Assembly: GCF_963506605.1 (NCBI RefSeq)
Contig: NC_083283.1
Span: 57,164,001-57,228,000 of the forward strand
Reading direction: 5' to 3'
Source: Zootoca vivipara
Lineage: Eukaryota
Length of the DNA: 64,000 nt
A program made the position numbers and the translations under genes. Positions 1-12,759 of the stretch are shown here, piece by piece (positions within the stretch are counted from its first letter, which is position 1; each line of letters opens with the position of its first letter). The notes under the pieces were generated by a model, which saw only the letters and a program-made list of their open reading frames with translations, searched no databases and was not told the DNA's origin.

Positions 1-127
1 CATGCTGGCCACATGACCTGGAAGCTGTACGCCGGCTTCCTTGGCCAATAAAGCGAGATGAGCGCCGCAACCCCAGAGTCGGTCACGACTGGACCTAATG
101 GTCAGGGGTCCCTTTACGTTTACCTTT
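1..127 (+). mobile_element. Sauria SINE, 3' part (cut by window edge)
   Basis: Ends GGACCTAATGGTCAGGGGTCCCTTTAC...TACCTTT; reverse complement of the copies at 8260, 17955 and 44494. Confidence 0.85.
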
Positions 128-654
128 TACACACTGCAATCGTTTTATGATAAGTGCTCTCAGTTCTCATGCTATGATTTAATCATTGCTTATTTTTCTG
201 CTTTTCTCACCCCCCCCCCATAATCCGGATGACAGAATCCCATTCCACCGAGCAGGATGTTATTCTGAGGTACAGTCCAATTACTTATTCAAAAGCAAAA
301 CACAAGTCATCATAAAATAGAATAGGGAATAAATACTGGTAGTTGGTATCAGATGACTTCTGAGCACAAAGGAGGTAACTTCTAACCACCAGTGCCATGA
401 GCTCACGGCTGGGATGACAGGCTTCAGGGACAATGGCCACATTAGCCAAATTGGACCCCCTAGCTGGCCAAGAGGTTCCCCATCCCAGGATGAAGCAACA
501 GCTCTCTCTCCTTCTTTTCCCCACCCCTTAGATATCCCCTGACCCCCCCCCTTTGCAACGCTGGTCCATCTTGTGCAACTACCATATTGGCTATCTAGAA
601 TTCCTCATAATTTCTATAATAACGTAAGTATTTGATGATATGCACTCTGCTTAC

Positions 655-732
655 CATGGTTTCTGTGTATTCTTGCAGCTTTGCCTTAGAAATGGTTTTT
701 CCATGCTGCCGGAAAAGATCTTGCAGAAAGTT
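655..732 (-). CDS. SCGN: Secretagogin coding exon 6 (NFLQDLFRQHGKTISKAKLQEYTETM); gene continues beyond the window start
   Basis: 78 nt, acceptor cctgacaaag|AAC, donor ATG|gtaagc; phase 0-0; peptide matches the SCGN EF3-EF4 linker (human NFLRDLFLHHKKAISEAKLEEYTGTM, from recall). Confidence 0.95.
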
Positions 733-934
733 CTTTGTCAGGAAAGGAGAGAAGTAGTTTTTACTGTTTCAGATTCATACTAGGAATAATATAAAGGAAT
801 CAAGGCCCGTTTCATCAGACACTTCACAAAAACTAAGGCAGTTGCTTGAATGCACTTAATATGTTCTATATGCGATCAAAATATACATATTGAGTAAAGA
901 AGGCATCTGGATAAAGACTCCCTAGAGAACTTAC

Positions 935-991
935 TCTGAGTTCGGCAGCTGAAATAAAACCACTGCTATCAACATCATATTGACGCCAGAT
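935..991 (-). CDS. SCGN: Secretagogin coding exon 5 (IWRQYDVDSSGFISAAELR), EF-hand 3 loop
   Basis: 57 nt, acceptor ccccctttag|ATC, donor AGA|gtaagt; canonical EF loop DVDSSGFISAAE. Confidence 0.96.
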
Positions 992-1641
992 CTAAAGGGG
1001 GGAAATGAGTGAACAGTTATCATCTTCAAATAGATGTTCAATACATATCTCAGTCTCATTTATGAAGTGCTATGGAACATAGAAAATGTTTGGATAGCGG
1101 GAATTTGGATAATTTTTCACAAGGGTTGCAACCAACACGGGAAGGATTTCAGACGATGGGAGTCTGTTGCAGCCCTTCAGTGGGCTCCCTGTGTGGAGAT
1201 TGTATGCCCACTCTCCCTTGTACTTCAGTCATGGGGGAGCCACAGCAGAAAGAAAGGGCTACTCCTGTATTTTTTAAAGTATGCAAATAAAGATTTCTTT
1301 TAATTTAAAAAAAAGAAAAAGAAAGGGCTACTCTACAGTATCAGATGGAAGTAGCCACCATCACACCAGGCCCATCGCTCAGGAATCAGATAGTTTGGGA
1401 AGGAGATTCTTCTGGGCTCATGTTCCTTCAGGCTGTGCTGAGTCTCCTAGTAGATGAACATGCCAGACTCATTTGGAGCTATCCAGCAGCAGGCCAGATT
1501 CAAAAATACGCAGGTAGGTGGAATTACTGATTTGCTTTTCTAAGACTGAGCATTTATTTACCTTGTTCTCTAGATCTTGGCTATTACTCAACCATCTCTA
1601 AAATAAACTGTTTGAAGTGTGCACGTGCATGTGTGCACATC

Positions 1642-1776
1642 TAGGGCTGCCCTATTTTGAAGAGCAAAAAAGAGGACACATTTGCCAACTTCTACTTTTA
1701 ACTATGGATCACTATGATGACTCTACCCAAGAAAAAGAGGACGTGTCCTGGAAAAAGAGGACATATGGCAATCCTA
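1642..1776. mobile_element. Old hAT-type MITE
   Basis: Imperfect TIRs TAGGGCTGCC...GGCAATCCTA with internal AAAAAGAGGAC repeats; no clear TSD. Confidence 0.5.
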
Positions 1777-2289
1777 AATGGCTCATCTCAGCATTGACAC
1801 CATGGAATTAGTAACCAACATCTTGTTTCTTTCCAAAATATTTAGAAAACAAGGATTTTGAAACCTGGAAAAAACCCTTATGTGTCACTGACAAGTTCCA
1901 TCTAAAAGAAGTGTTAAACAATTTTCATCCTTAACTTGGACATGTCGTTACCATGGCTGCATATTCAGATTCGCTATTTGTTATGTAAACAGCACAGCCA
2001 ATCAAGGGACTAAGTGGCTATTTGTATTCCTATTTGTATCCCCTTGGTAGTAGTTGACGTTAGATGGTATTTTTAGATTGAAACACTAGGCCCAGATTAG
2101 AAGAGATTTTATTTTGTAAAAAAATAATAATATTTCCCAGTGCACTTGACGGTACCCACCTGGAGCTAATTGATGGTATCCACCTTGGATAGGGCAATAT
2201 AAACAACTTAATGCCTCAGTTACAAGATTAGAGAAGCTGAGTATTTCCTCTGTGGTGTTGTTCCAATTTATTAATTTTTTTTTGCTGCC

Positions 2290-2790
2290 CGTTCACTATG
2301 AGGCTCCAGTGTGGGTTATAACAATTAAAAATATAATATTAAAACAGTTAAAACAAAGTACAGTCAAGATAATAGGGTGGGTCCTAAAGTATACATCTCA
2401 GATGTCAAATGGCAGGGTTAAAAAAGGTGCACCTTCAGCATTTGAGGAAAGTGACATAATGAAAGTGTTCAACACACTTCTGTGGGAAGGGAATTCCACA
2501 CTTTAGAGGCTACCACAGAGAACGTCCTCTCCTGGGTCACCAGGAGAATTTCTGAGGGCAGTGGAACTCCCAAGAAGGCCCTCTCTGCTGATTGTAAGAC
2601 CTGAGAAAATCTGTAGGGAAGGAGGCTGTGAGTCAGATTTGGGGCCTGGGCCATTTAGGATTTTTAACACTAATTTGAACACCTTGAATATGGCCCAGAA
2701 GCAAACTGGCAGCCAAAACAGGGTTTGTGTGAATTCTAAATGTAATCCCAGCCAGTAATCTGGCCACTGCATTTTGGACCAGTTGAAGTT
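2290..2790 (-). mobile_element. L2 LINE 3' fragment (degenerate)
   Basis: Reverse-strand similarity to the L2-type copies at 20170 and 60885; remnant peptides LHLEF...WLPVCF and RTFSVVASKVWNSLP. Confidence 0.65.
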
Positions 2791-3894
2791 TCCATCTCAT
2801 TTTTAAGTATTGCTTAAAAAAGAACCAGGAGATTCCTCAGAGATCTCCTTGAGTAATGTACGGTTGGGTCTAGTGCTCACAATGGACCCATTCTTAGCCA
2901 GGACTCCAGAATGGCCCTCCTTCAGTAGCTGCGGTGTCAATCCCATGTTTTATATTGGACTGAAAAGACAGAGAGTGATCTGGGAAGAAGAATGAGAGTT
3001 GTTAGCTAGATGTTTATATGGTGACTTGAATCATTAACCTAGTAGGTATAGTCTTTTAAGCATCAAGCCTCATAATCTCTTGTCTCAGGTTCCAAAGTTC
3101 AAAGGCACACAACACTTAACAGCTTGTGTGTGTTTAATGAAAGGTGATAATATTATTTTTGAGTTTAATAAACAGCTGTGCAAAAGGTCCCCACAGACCA
3201 TCTGTGGCCAAAGGCTGCACACTGCTTCTTCCATGGCTGATAAATTTCGCATCATGCAAACTAGGCCATCGTGCTTCACAATGGAGAAGGATGCTGAGGC
3301 TCAACATATATGTGATGGAGGGGGCAGACTAGAGATAAAGCAGGAAAAGAAGGGTCTACTTTTGAGAGCAAAGGTGTGGGTGGGTGGGAGGATTCTGAAC
3401 CTGCCCCCCACGCCTCCCTCCCTCCCTTTACTTCCTTGCTCTCTATCACCTCCAGAGCTCTTTCCTGGACCAAATTCTAAAATTGGAAGAGGGGGAAAGC
3501 ACTGTTAGGTGGTTAGGTGGAATGCAGATCCAAGGAAGTGATAGGTACAAGGAGCAAAGTACCAGGTTACGCTTCCTGGAGCTTTTTGGGGGGCTCCCAG
3601 AATCCAATCCTCCATCTCACGCTTTGTACTTAATTGGGAAAGGCCTTGGGTTTAAACCAAGTGTAGGGAACCTATGGTCTTCCCCAAGTCCTTGGACTAC
3701 AACTCTCAGCAGCAGTGGTCATTGGCTGTGCTGGCTGCTAGGAACTGGAGTCCCATAAATTCTGGAAGGCTCTATGTTAGCTACCCTGAGGTTAAACAAA
3801 TGTGAGCCTCAGCGTGTGGCCAAGACACCAACTAAAAGTATGCAATGCAAAATACTTTGAAAAATGGAAACAGACAGCAGGAAATTACACCCAC

Positions 3895-3984
3895 CCGCAT
3901 GAATTCCACGCTGTTGTCCAAAGGTGTTTCTCTTCGGAAAAGAAGCAGGAAGTTCTCATCCTCCGACAAGATTATACTTGCAAG
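3895..3984 (-). CDS. SCGN: Secretagogin coding exon 4 ([30 protein letters not shown])
   Basis: 90 nt, acceptor ttttttag|CTT, donor CGG|gtgggt; ENFLLLFR motif typical of the calbindin/calretinin/secretagogin family. Confidence 0.96.
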
Positions 3985-4044
3985 CTAAAAAATTTTTTTG
4001 GGGGGGAAGGGTACATTTCTCAAACTGTTCTCTATGCAGTTATT

Positions 4045-4047
<3 letters not shown>

Positions 4048-4085
<38 letters not shown>

Positions 4086-4086
4086 T
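4048..4086. repeat. (ATC)n microsatellite
   Basis: Direct trinucleotide run. Confidence 0.9.
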
Positions 4087-4335
4087 ATTGTTATTCGGAA
4101 TAAATTGCTATACCACAAGGACAGAAGCAGGGCAGAGCAGAGCAAAACTACAAAATCTATGGTAGCAGCAAAATCCTAACAGATGCTTTTGTCAAAAGGA
4201 CATTTGGACAAAAAGTTCCAATACTACATTATCTAAACGAACCGGTGAACCCACTCTTTGTAACAGTGCAATTATTATTCCTCAATTGCCTGTTATCTAA
4301 TTTCTAACACTGAAAAATAAAAGGCAGCTAGGTAC

Positions 4336-4428
4336 CTCTTGTATTTGTAAGCGTCCATCTGCCGTCACATCGTAGGCTGACATAAATCGTTTTTTCACCC
4401 TCTGCACCTTTTCTTCTGTTATGGTGCT
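4336..4428 (-). CDS. SCGN: Secretagogin coding exon 3 ([31 protein letters not shown]), EF-hand 2
   Basis: 93 nt, acceptor tcatatcacag|AGC, donor GAG|gtacct; lies within ORF 4297..4515(-). Confidence 0.95.
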
Positions 4429-4881
4429 CTGTGATATGAAAAGCAACAGGTTAAGGATAAAAGCAATTTCCCCGAGTACAATGCATTCTCTCCCGTCTCT
4501 TTTAAGACCAGCCATGCAGGACCTGCAGCGAATGTCTCCCTTAGTCTGAAAGGAAGGGAGCCTGCAGCAAGAGCCATTTGTTCTGGTTTCCTAACACCCT
4601 GCCTTGAAGTCATCTTTGGAAGCGAGGTGCACGCACACACATACATACATTATGAGAAGCGACTTGTTCCTTACCAAAGTGACAATAGTCCCAGAGCACA
4701 TGGGGCCACCACCTAAATAACATTAAGCAGGATCAGTGCCTGGATGGGAGACTTCTTGGAGGCCACATGTATGCCATCTTGGGTTCCATGATGGAAGAAA
4801 GGCAGAATATAAATGTGAGAAAGGAAAGAGATTATCGGAAGAAAAGACGAAGTCACAACAAATAGGCACATTCACCTATAT

Positions 4882-5609
4882 CAGTGATGGCGAACCTATG
4901 ACACGCGTGTCGGACGTGACACACAGAGCCCTCACTACTGGCATGTGCCCCATCGGCCCATTCGTGCTGTTGTTGTTGTCCCCCCCCCCAATTTGTTCTC
5001 CCGCTCCTCCTACAGCTTGTCTCCGCTAGAGCTTGTCTCTGCTGTTAAAACCCGGATCCTTTTTTTTGTGTGTGTTATTGTTGCTGGTAGACAGAGATTG
5101 GTTTTTAACCCTTTCTGTGCTGTTTTTTCCTGGCGCTTTGGCAGACTGATTGAGTGTAACAGCGTTCATTTTTTAACCCATTCTGTGCTGGGTTTTTTTG
5201 GCGCTGTGGCAGACTATGTTGGTGCTGCGTGTTAGTTCCAGCGAAGGTATTATATCCGTCATTTATTTCTGTTCTCTTCCCCCCCAAAAGCGCAGCAGCT
5301 TTGGGGCATCCCCCCCAAAAGCAAAGCAACATTTGCACCCCCCCAAAACAACCTCCAAAACTTTGCTCAGCAGCTCCCCCCAACTCTGGGCACTTTGTGA
5401 TAAATAAGGGTTTTTTGGTTTGGTTTGGTTAAATAATTAGTTTTTGGTTTATTAAATACAGTTATATATTACAATTATACATTTTTGTTATTTAAACTAT
5501 AAATATCGCAAAATTATGGGTTTTTTCCCCGAAGTGACACACCACCCGAGTTATGCTCATTTTTTTGGCGAATTTTGACACACCAAGCTCAAAAGGTTGC
5601 CCATCACTG
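4882..5609. mobile_element. Non-autonomous hAT DNA transposon (hAT1/Myotis_hAT1-like termini), 728 bp
   Basis: TIRs CAGTGATGGCGAACCT / AGGTTGCCCATCACTG; perfect 8-bp TSD ACCTATAT (4874-4881, 5610-5617); no transposase ORF. Confidence 0.9.
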
Positions 5610-8259
5610 ACCTATATTGTGGTTAGCTTAGATGAGACAGAAACAAGAGCTTACACGCTTATATGAAAGGCTCAGGACCAGACAAAAAGAGGAAGATATC
5701 AACATGGTCTCTGAAATCTTCAAAGAGCATATCGAACTCCTGGCTGGGGGCCATTGTGGCTAAAACAGAGAACAGCACTCCAGGTGATAGTTGCAAAGGG
5801 GAGGCACCTAAAGGCAAAGCAATGAAAAGGATTCTCTGCTCATATGCATCTACCCAGAGCAGTAAGATGTTGTAGCTGCCTCTGCATGTAAGACAACCAA
5901 CTCACCTTGCAGGTATAGCTAGGGACCTCTGCCTGAAACAGTGAACAACCTTTTGCACCAGAAGGGTGGGATGTAATTGCTTAAATAAATGCCACCAGGC
6001 AGCCAAAACAACAATTTCACTGTATTACTGTGTTCCACACTGTACACAAGAGGACTCCTTATGTACGAAGAAGCCGATGACAGCTTGTAGAAATAAGATG
6101 GGCTAAATATAGTATGAGTAGCCTTTAACGCCAGTCAGAAGAATATCAGACTTCAAGTGTTAAATATCCCTCTGCTCTGCTCCAAAAGTTAATTCTATGG
6201 GAGCCAGGTTAATTAAACTTCATGACACTTCCAATATATTTTAATCCCATATAAAAAGATCTTGTCTGCTTTAAATTCTTTGAAGAAGTCATTAAAATAA
6301 TCCTGCACACAACTGAACAATATACCAGGGGTTTTTATATAAAAAAGAAAAAGAAAAAGGGCAAGTTTGGTTTCCTTAGTATCTTTTTTTTAAAGAATAC
6401 CACACAATATTATAGTATGAAAATTTCCAATGTGAGACTGTAACAGAAGTTTAAGACCAATTTAAAAACCACCGAAAAAAGTAAAATAAAAGTGAGAATG
6501 GAATAGTACATATTCAAATAGAACTTCCTTTGTATAGTCATCTTGGTCTTTTAAATTTAGCTTTCTTCCCGCAATGCCACATGTATTCCATCAGCTAATA
6601 ACAAATGTAAGATTTGCTCCTGTATTTTAAGTAGAACATATATATATATATAGCCAACCAAGAACTTCTCTTTGGTGTTTCAATGTTTTGTCCTTATTTA
6701 TGAGCTCTCATTTTAATCTGATATCAGCAAAGAGATTAATTATTAAGAGATTGTTTAATTATTTCTTCATTAAATATGAAATTAAGTTGGTAACTTTACC
6801 AGCAATCCTGTAGCTATTTTGACACAAGCACACCATTTCAAACTGTCACCCTCAGCCACCCTGAAGGAGATATAATGGAAGTTTGCTGGCTGAACTTCCA
6901 GCTGAACAAATATTTTAAAAGAGGAGACTTACAGTCGCCAATATAGCTGTTCCCTTAAAAAGTCTGAAGCTATGCACAAACCCCACAGATCTCCATTTGA
7001 ACACACACTCAAAATGGTCCCCACTGTAGGGCAACCAGAAATGAAAACAAACACAGGCTCCTCCATTTCCCCGTTCGTTTCACCCCTTTCCCATTTTGCA
7101 TGCCCACTAAATTCGGTCAACTCTTTTGTTTTCCCAGCTGGGGTTCCTTTTCTTGCCTTTAGCATTAGTTGAGAACACTTCAGAGTAGATGAAAGAGAGG
7201 CAGGGGAAACAGTGCTAGAGACTACAGTGGTCATTAGGGAGAAATAACAACAGGGTGCACAGAGGTTAAAAACAATAATTATGGAACAGTTTGCTATTCA
7301 AACAGAGACAACTTTCGGAGTGCATAATAACTATTCATTTTATTTCATCCGGCACTTTTAATCTTCAAAGCATATAAGCAGAAATGCTTATTCTTCACAA
7401 CAACTTGTGAAGGTTGCTTGGTAAGAGGGATCGAATCATTTTGATGCACGCCAACACGTTATGACAAATTCATAACTCAATGAGTCACTGTAAAACAATC
7501 ACCACTGGGAGATGCTCTTCCAGCCTCCAACTCGCTGCTCTTACAGAATTACAACATTGTTAGAGTCTACACTACAAAACTCTGCAGAACATCAAGGGAA
7601 GGCAGAACTGGTCCACACAACAGGTGTGGCAGAAGGAGCACCAAGACAATGGAGAACAGGGTCACAGGGTGGCACTTGGGTGAAGATCAGTGAGCAAGCA
7701 AGAAGGAAGGATGCTTTGTCCCCGGGATGCCAGTCACGTCTTGCCTACAAATGCCAGTCTGGCAGCATCGGCGAAGGGTGTACTTAGATAACCCCGCTTT
7801 TCAAGGAGAGGCAGAGGCAACCTTAGGATCAGGGGCTAAATGTGTCCCCTGGCTTCTTTAGCCAGCCTACCTACTCATAGGACTTTCCACAGGCCATGCT
7901 CCTCACTGGTCCTGCCCTGTGTCCTTCTCAAGAGCATTTGCTGGGCCGGGATGTGTCCTTGAATTGTGACAATGCCAATTATTGGCTGGATGAAGGTGTT
8001 TGTAAGGGTAACCTCTGAGTTTAGCACAGATGGTACAAAGATAACAGTCTACACTCTTGCGTTGCCCACTTGCCCCTGGCTCCACCACTGTCCTGTGACC
8101 TCTGCAAACTTGCCCAGGGTGACAGGCAGGCTGAAACAGTTCCCTGCTCCTACCTGGGGGGGGGCTACCTTGTCCCCTGCGGGATATTACTTCCCCCAAA
8201 CAGAAGCCTGCCCTAGTCACCTTGCCCTTTAACCTCTACGGTCCCTGATGTTTGAGGGG

Positions 8260-8615
8260 AGGTAAAGGTAAAGGGACCCCTGACCATTAGGTCCAGTCGC
8301 GGATGACTCTAGGGTTGCGGCGCTCATTTCGCTTTATTGGTCATGGGAGCCGGTGTACAGCTTCCGGGTCATGTGGCCAACATGACTAAGCCGCTTCTGG
8401 CGAAACCAGAGCAGCACACGGAAACGCTGTTTACCTTCCCGCCAGAGCGGTACCAATTTATCTACTTGCACTTTGACGTGCATTCGAACTGCTAGGTTGG
8501 CAGGAGCAGGGACCAAGCAACGGGAGCTTACCCTGTCGTGGAGATTCGAACCGCTGACCTTCTGATTGGCAAGCTCTAGGCTCAGTGGTTTAGACCACAG
8601 CGCCACCCGCGTCCC
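8260..8615 (-). mobile_element. Sauria SINE, full length
   Basis: tRNA-like head at right, (ACCTTT)n tail at left; near-identical to the other copies. Confidence 0.9.
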
Positions 8616-10797
8616 ATTTTGATGGGAGGGGAATAACACAAACATAATAATGTAAGAAGAGACACCTGGATCTGACCAGCATCCTGTTCTCAAAGTGGCC
8701 TGTCGGAAAGCTGCAAGCAGGACTCAACCACCAGAGCATTCGCCCTTCCTTTGGTTTTCAGCAACTGGTATTCAGAAGCATTCCTGCCTCCGACTGTGAA
8801 GGGAGGGCATAACCCTCATGGCTAGCAGCCAGGGGAAGGAAATCTTTCACACTTTCTACTCAGTCCAAGAGATGAGAAGTGAATGATGTACTCAGCTCTT
8901 GCAGTCTGACTTCCTTTCCTTTCCCTCTTCCAAGTGCTTGGTAGGGAAGTGTTTAAGAAAGCAGGGCTTTTTTATTGAAGCACCAGCAGAAACCCATTAA
9001 GATGTAGAGAATCACCTATTGTGCATATATTATGAAAAGCATCCTCCCCTTTAAGAAGAATACCAGTCACTCAACATAGTGGGAAATAATGTCTGAAGCA
9101 GCTTGAAGTGTTTGCTATGAATAAGTTCACCTCATTGGAGGTACTAAACCTATTATCAGTCATTCCAAGGTCACACAATTGCAGTTCAGAAATAATTTCT
9201 AATCATCCAGAGGTCTTTCCCATTTCCCTTTAACTTACTTCTCTCTCATGATTTTTCCTTTGATAGTAAAATGAGAATCCAAAGAGTTAAGGTTTTATGA
9301 AGGCAGGATATCTGATCGCATAAACAAGATCACATAATCAGTACTTGTTCCCTTTTTTGGTGGTTTATGGCAACTGCAAATAGTCAGATAATAGACAGAA
9401 GAAAGTAAGCACAAGTTGAGAGCCCGGCTTTTTGCTAGTGGCAATCAAAAATAAAGGGCCAATATGTCAGGGGAAATGAAACAGAACCACAACGAACAGG
9501 ACATGCAAATAATTGACTGTGCCATTGATTCTACTGTTCATTTTACAGCTGTTTACAAGCAGATCCATTTTCCTAAGCAAGTGTCAATTAACTCTGGAGA
9601 AAGACCCATGTTAATTGCTTTTGGAAAGCAGAATTTTGCATCTGCAAAACTAATCAGCAACGTTTTGAATAAGCAAAAGACACCTGCTGCCCTCACTCCC
9701 TTCATCCAGATTAATGTGTATGCAAGCCTCTTGACTCACCTTCATTAATCTAAATGTGTTTTTTTGTCAGTAGCCTAGCATTTGCTTCATGCCAGAATTA
9801 TGACCAGTGAGTGGGTGGCCAGTGCGGAGGGACTCAGAACACACACAGTGATAAGAACGTTGCCACACCTGTTGCGAAAGGAACCTGAGCATAACTCTCA
9901 CACAAAGAACAACATTATTTACCTTAGAATGTTGCTACTGAGAAAAACAAAGTAGATGGGGAGAGAAATATGGTAACACACTCTTGGCTTGGTCTAAAAC
10001 AGTATGGACAGCACTACCAGTGCCATGCATGGGGAGTTCTCTCTCTCTCTCTCTCTGGGTGGAATTTATTTATTATTGCATTTATACAAAATATTCAACT
10101 TTCCCCCAAGGAGCTCAAGGCACACAGCATGACTCTCCCTTTCTCCATAATACGAAGGTTAAGGTGAGAGTTGGTGACTGGCCCAAGGTCACCCAGCAAG
10201 CTTCATGGCTGATTGGATATTTCAGCTCCCAGGCACTAGTCCAATGCTCTAACCACAATACCACATTGTGTTTCTGATATGTCTCATCAGGTGTTGGGCA
10301 GGAAGGAGAGAGGTGGGTCACACCCACACCATACATTTAAAGTGCATGGCTTCCCTCAAAGAATCCTGGAAACTGCAGGCGTTGTAGCTCTATGAGGGTT
10401 CCCCCACAGTTCTTTGGGAGAACCAGGGGCAGACTTTGGTAATCTTTAGTAATATGGTGCCCTGAGTGAGGCTAAAATTTGGCACCTCCAAATGGATCTT
10501 TTCAATTATAGATCTTCTCAGTTTTGCGCCCCCTCAGCTCAAAACCCAGTGCAGAGAAACCTCCTGCACTGCCCAAAATTTGGTGCTGGAAGAAGCCATG
10601 TGATTTAAATGTATGTTGTGGATAATCCATGTTTCTCCTCCCCCTACCAAACAGCTGAGTGGCAGAGTTATCTTCCTGAAAGTGCTCTGCAACACGGAAC
10701 CCCAGTTCTTGGATCTATGTTCAACACCAATTTGCAGAAAACTTCTGCATATGCTCATGGTTATATTTACATGCAGAACATAAGACACAGTACTTAC

Positions 10798-10868
10798 TTT
10801 ACTGCCCAGTGTCTTCAGCAGATGATGAAAAAAATTATCAAGCTCTTTCCCTTCTATGTAACCGTTGT
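10798..10868 (-). CDS. SCGN: Secretagogin coding exon 2 ((D)NGYIEGKELDNFFHHLLKTLGSK), second half of EF-hand 1
   Basis: 71 nt, phase 1-0, acceptor ggttttag|AC, donor AAA|gtaagt; joins exon 1 in frame to give DADDNGYIEGKE. Confidence 0.96.
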
Positions 10869-11384
10869 CTAAAACCAATTAAAAACATATTACTGAATAT
10901 TGTACCATTAATGTTCAGAATCTAAACTGAAGAAATAACATGCAACATAAACATTTCATGAATCTAGTAACAACTCAAACACATTTAGCCAAACTAACAC
11001 ACATAAAGAAAATGTGAATGTTTCTTTTTTACTTTGATAGATTGTTTAAATAGGCAGTTACCGGTACTTTATTCCAGCTTTCTAAGTTTAAACATTCCTC
11101 TTCTTCAAATAAATAAGAGATATGAAACTTTCTCCAAAATCCACCAAGAGCTTCTCTTGTTTCAGCCTCCTTTGACAGCCAAGACTTGTATTGATACAAA
11201 GGTTGGAAAACATAGGTACAGGCTGCCTATGCCAGAGCAGGCCTACAACTTTAGACTGCAGGCACATACATTTTGAAGTACACGAAAGAGGAATAAAGTT
11301 TTCATGCATGTACAAATGCACTAATCAGAGAATTAACATGTTTATTTTAAAATGGAATAAATACGTCTAAATAATAATGACAAT

Positions 11385-11430
<46 letters not shown>
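11385..11430. repeat. (AAC)n microsatellite
   Basis: Direct trinucleotide run. Confidence 0.9.
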
Positions 11431-11432
<2 letters not shown>

Positions 11433-12027
11433 AGTTACAGGTAGGTAGCCATGTTGGTCTGAGTTGAGACAAAATAAAAAAATTCCTTCAGTAGCACCTT
11501 AAAGACAAACTAAGTTTTTATTTTGGTATGAGCTTTCGTGTGCATGCACACTTCTCCAGATACACTGAAACAGAAGTAAACACATCCTCATGTATATTCA
11601 GAGGGTGGGTGGGGGTGATGGGAATGGGTGATGGGCTGATAGGAGTGGTAAACCTGTTGATGACTGTTAACGACTCTTAATGACTGCAATTGGTCTTGCG
11701 GGGAAAAAGCAAGGGCTGAGGTGCTCTCTAGTAGAACACTTCAAGACCTCAAAGCAACTGTTTTATTACAGAAAACTTTTGCAACTCATTAACAAGCTTA
11801 AAACCATGGAGACACCTGGTATGAACAGAGACATAGGATTCTTATCTCATTATACATGATCAAGCTTTCTTTAGCACCTCAGCCCTTGCTTTCCCCCCCG
11901 CAAGACCAATTGCAGTCATTAACTTCTGTTTCAGTGTACAGTATGTGAAGAAGTGTGCATGCACATGAAAGCTCATACCAAAATAAAAATTTAGTTGGTC
12001 TTTAAGGTGCTACTGAAGGAATTTTTT
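11433..12027 (+). mobile_element. Penelope-like retroelement 3' fragment with inverted terminal (pLTR-like) copy
   Basis: Remnant C-terminal peptide LQLINKLKTMETPGMNRDIGFLSHYT* (11779-11859, +). Segments at about 11478-11578 and 11679-11725 are reverse-complementary to 11873-12027. Confidence 0.75.
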
Positions 12028-12759
12028 AAATAACAATAACATTTTATTTATACCCCGCCCATCATGTTCCAGGTTGTACACAATCTAGGGTTACAACAAT
12101 GTATTAAGACATTTTGGGATATGTTGCTTTAGTGTGATGCTTAATGAAGAACCATTTAAATCAAACTTGCATCAACCTGGAAAGCATAAATGGCAAATGA
12201 GGGAGGTAGTGCAGAGGGCTTCCCACTTTTCAGCAGACAGCTGGAGGCAGAGTGGGATTCTGCATTCCTTGATTGCCAGCCTAAGTAGGCTGGTATATTA
12301 TAATAATTATTTTTTGCATGCTAGTAACTTTGGGGGTCTAATTTACAAGACTGGTTGAGAGTGTAAGCTCCTTGGAGAAGGGACCTGTCCTTTTGCTTAT
12401 GTTACTAAGCACCATGCAGACTGATGGTGTAAAACAAGAACAAAAAGTTCATGAGGGTTAACATCGGTATTGAAACACCAGCAATGTTTCTTTTAACCAG
12501 CCAATTAATAGGTGAAAAAAGTCAGCTGATCTGTAATGAGCCTTGCTTCTCAATTAAATGGCTTCAATCACACCAACCACCCTAATCTCCTCTGCACACC
12601 CATGAACACAAAACACTCTGAGATCACGGGAATACAAGCATATGGGTAGTCGAAAATCGAATTGGAGCGTCCAACTTGGAAAAGCAAAAACTTCCTTGCA
12701 AAGTAGAAAGAGAAAACTTGGACAAAGAAACACCCCTGCTAGCGCCTATGCCTTTTCTA

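Noticed and set aside
128-654. SCGN exon 7 (expected MKIFD.NKDGRLDL-like)
   Set aside because: No such peptide with splice sites found; it presumably lies beyond the window start
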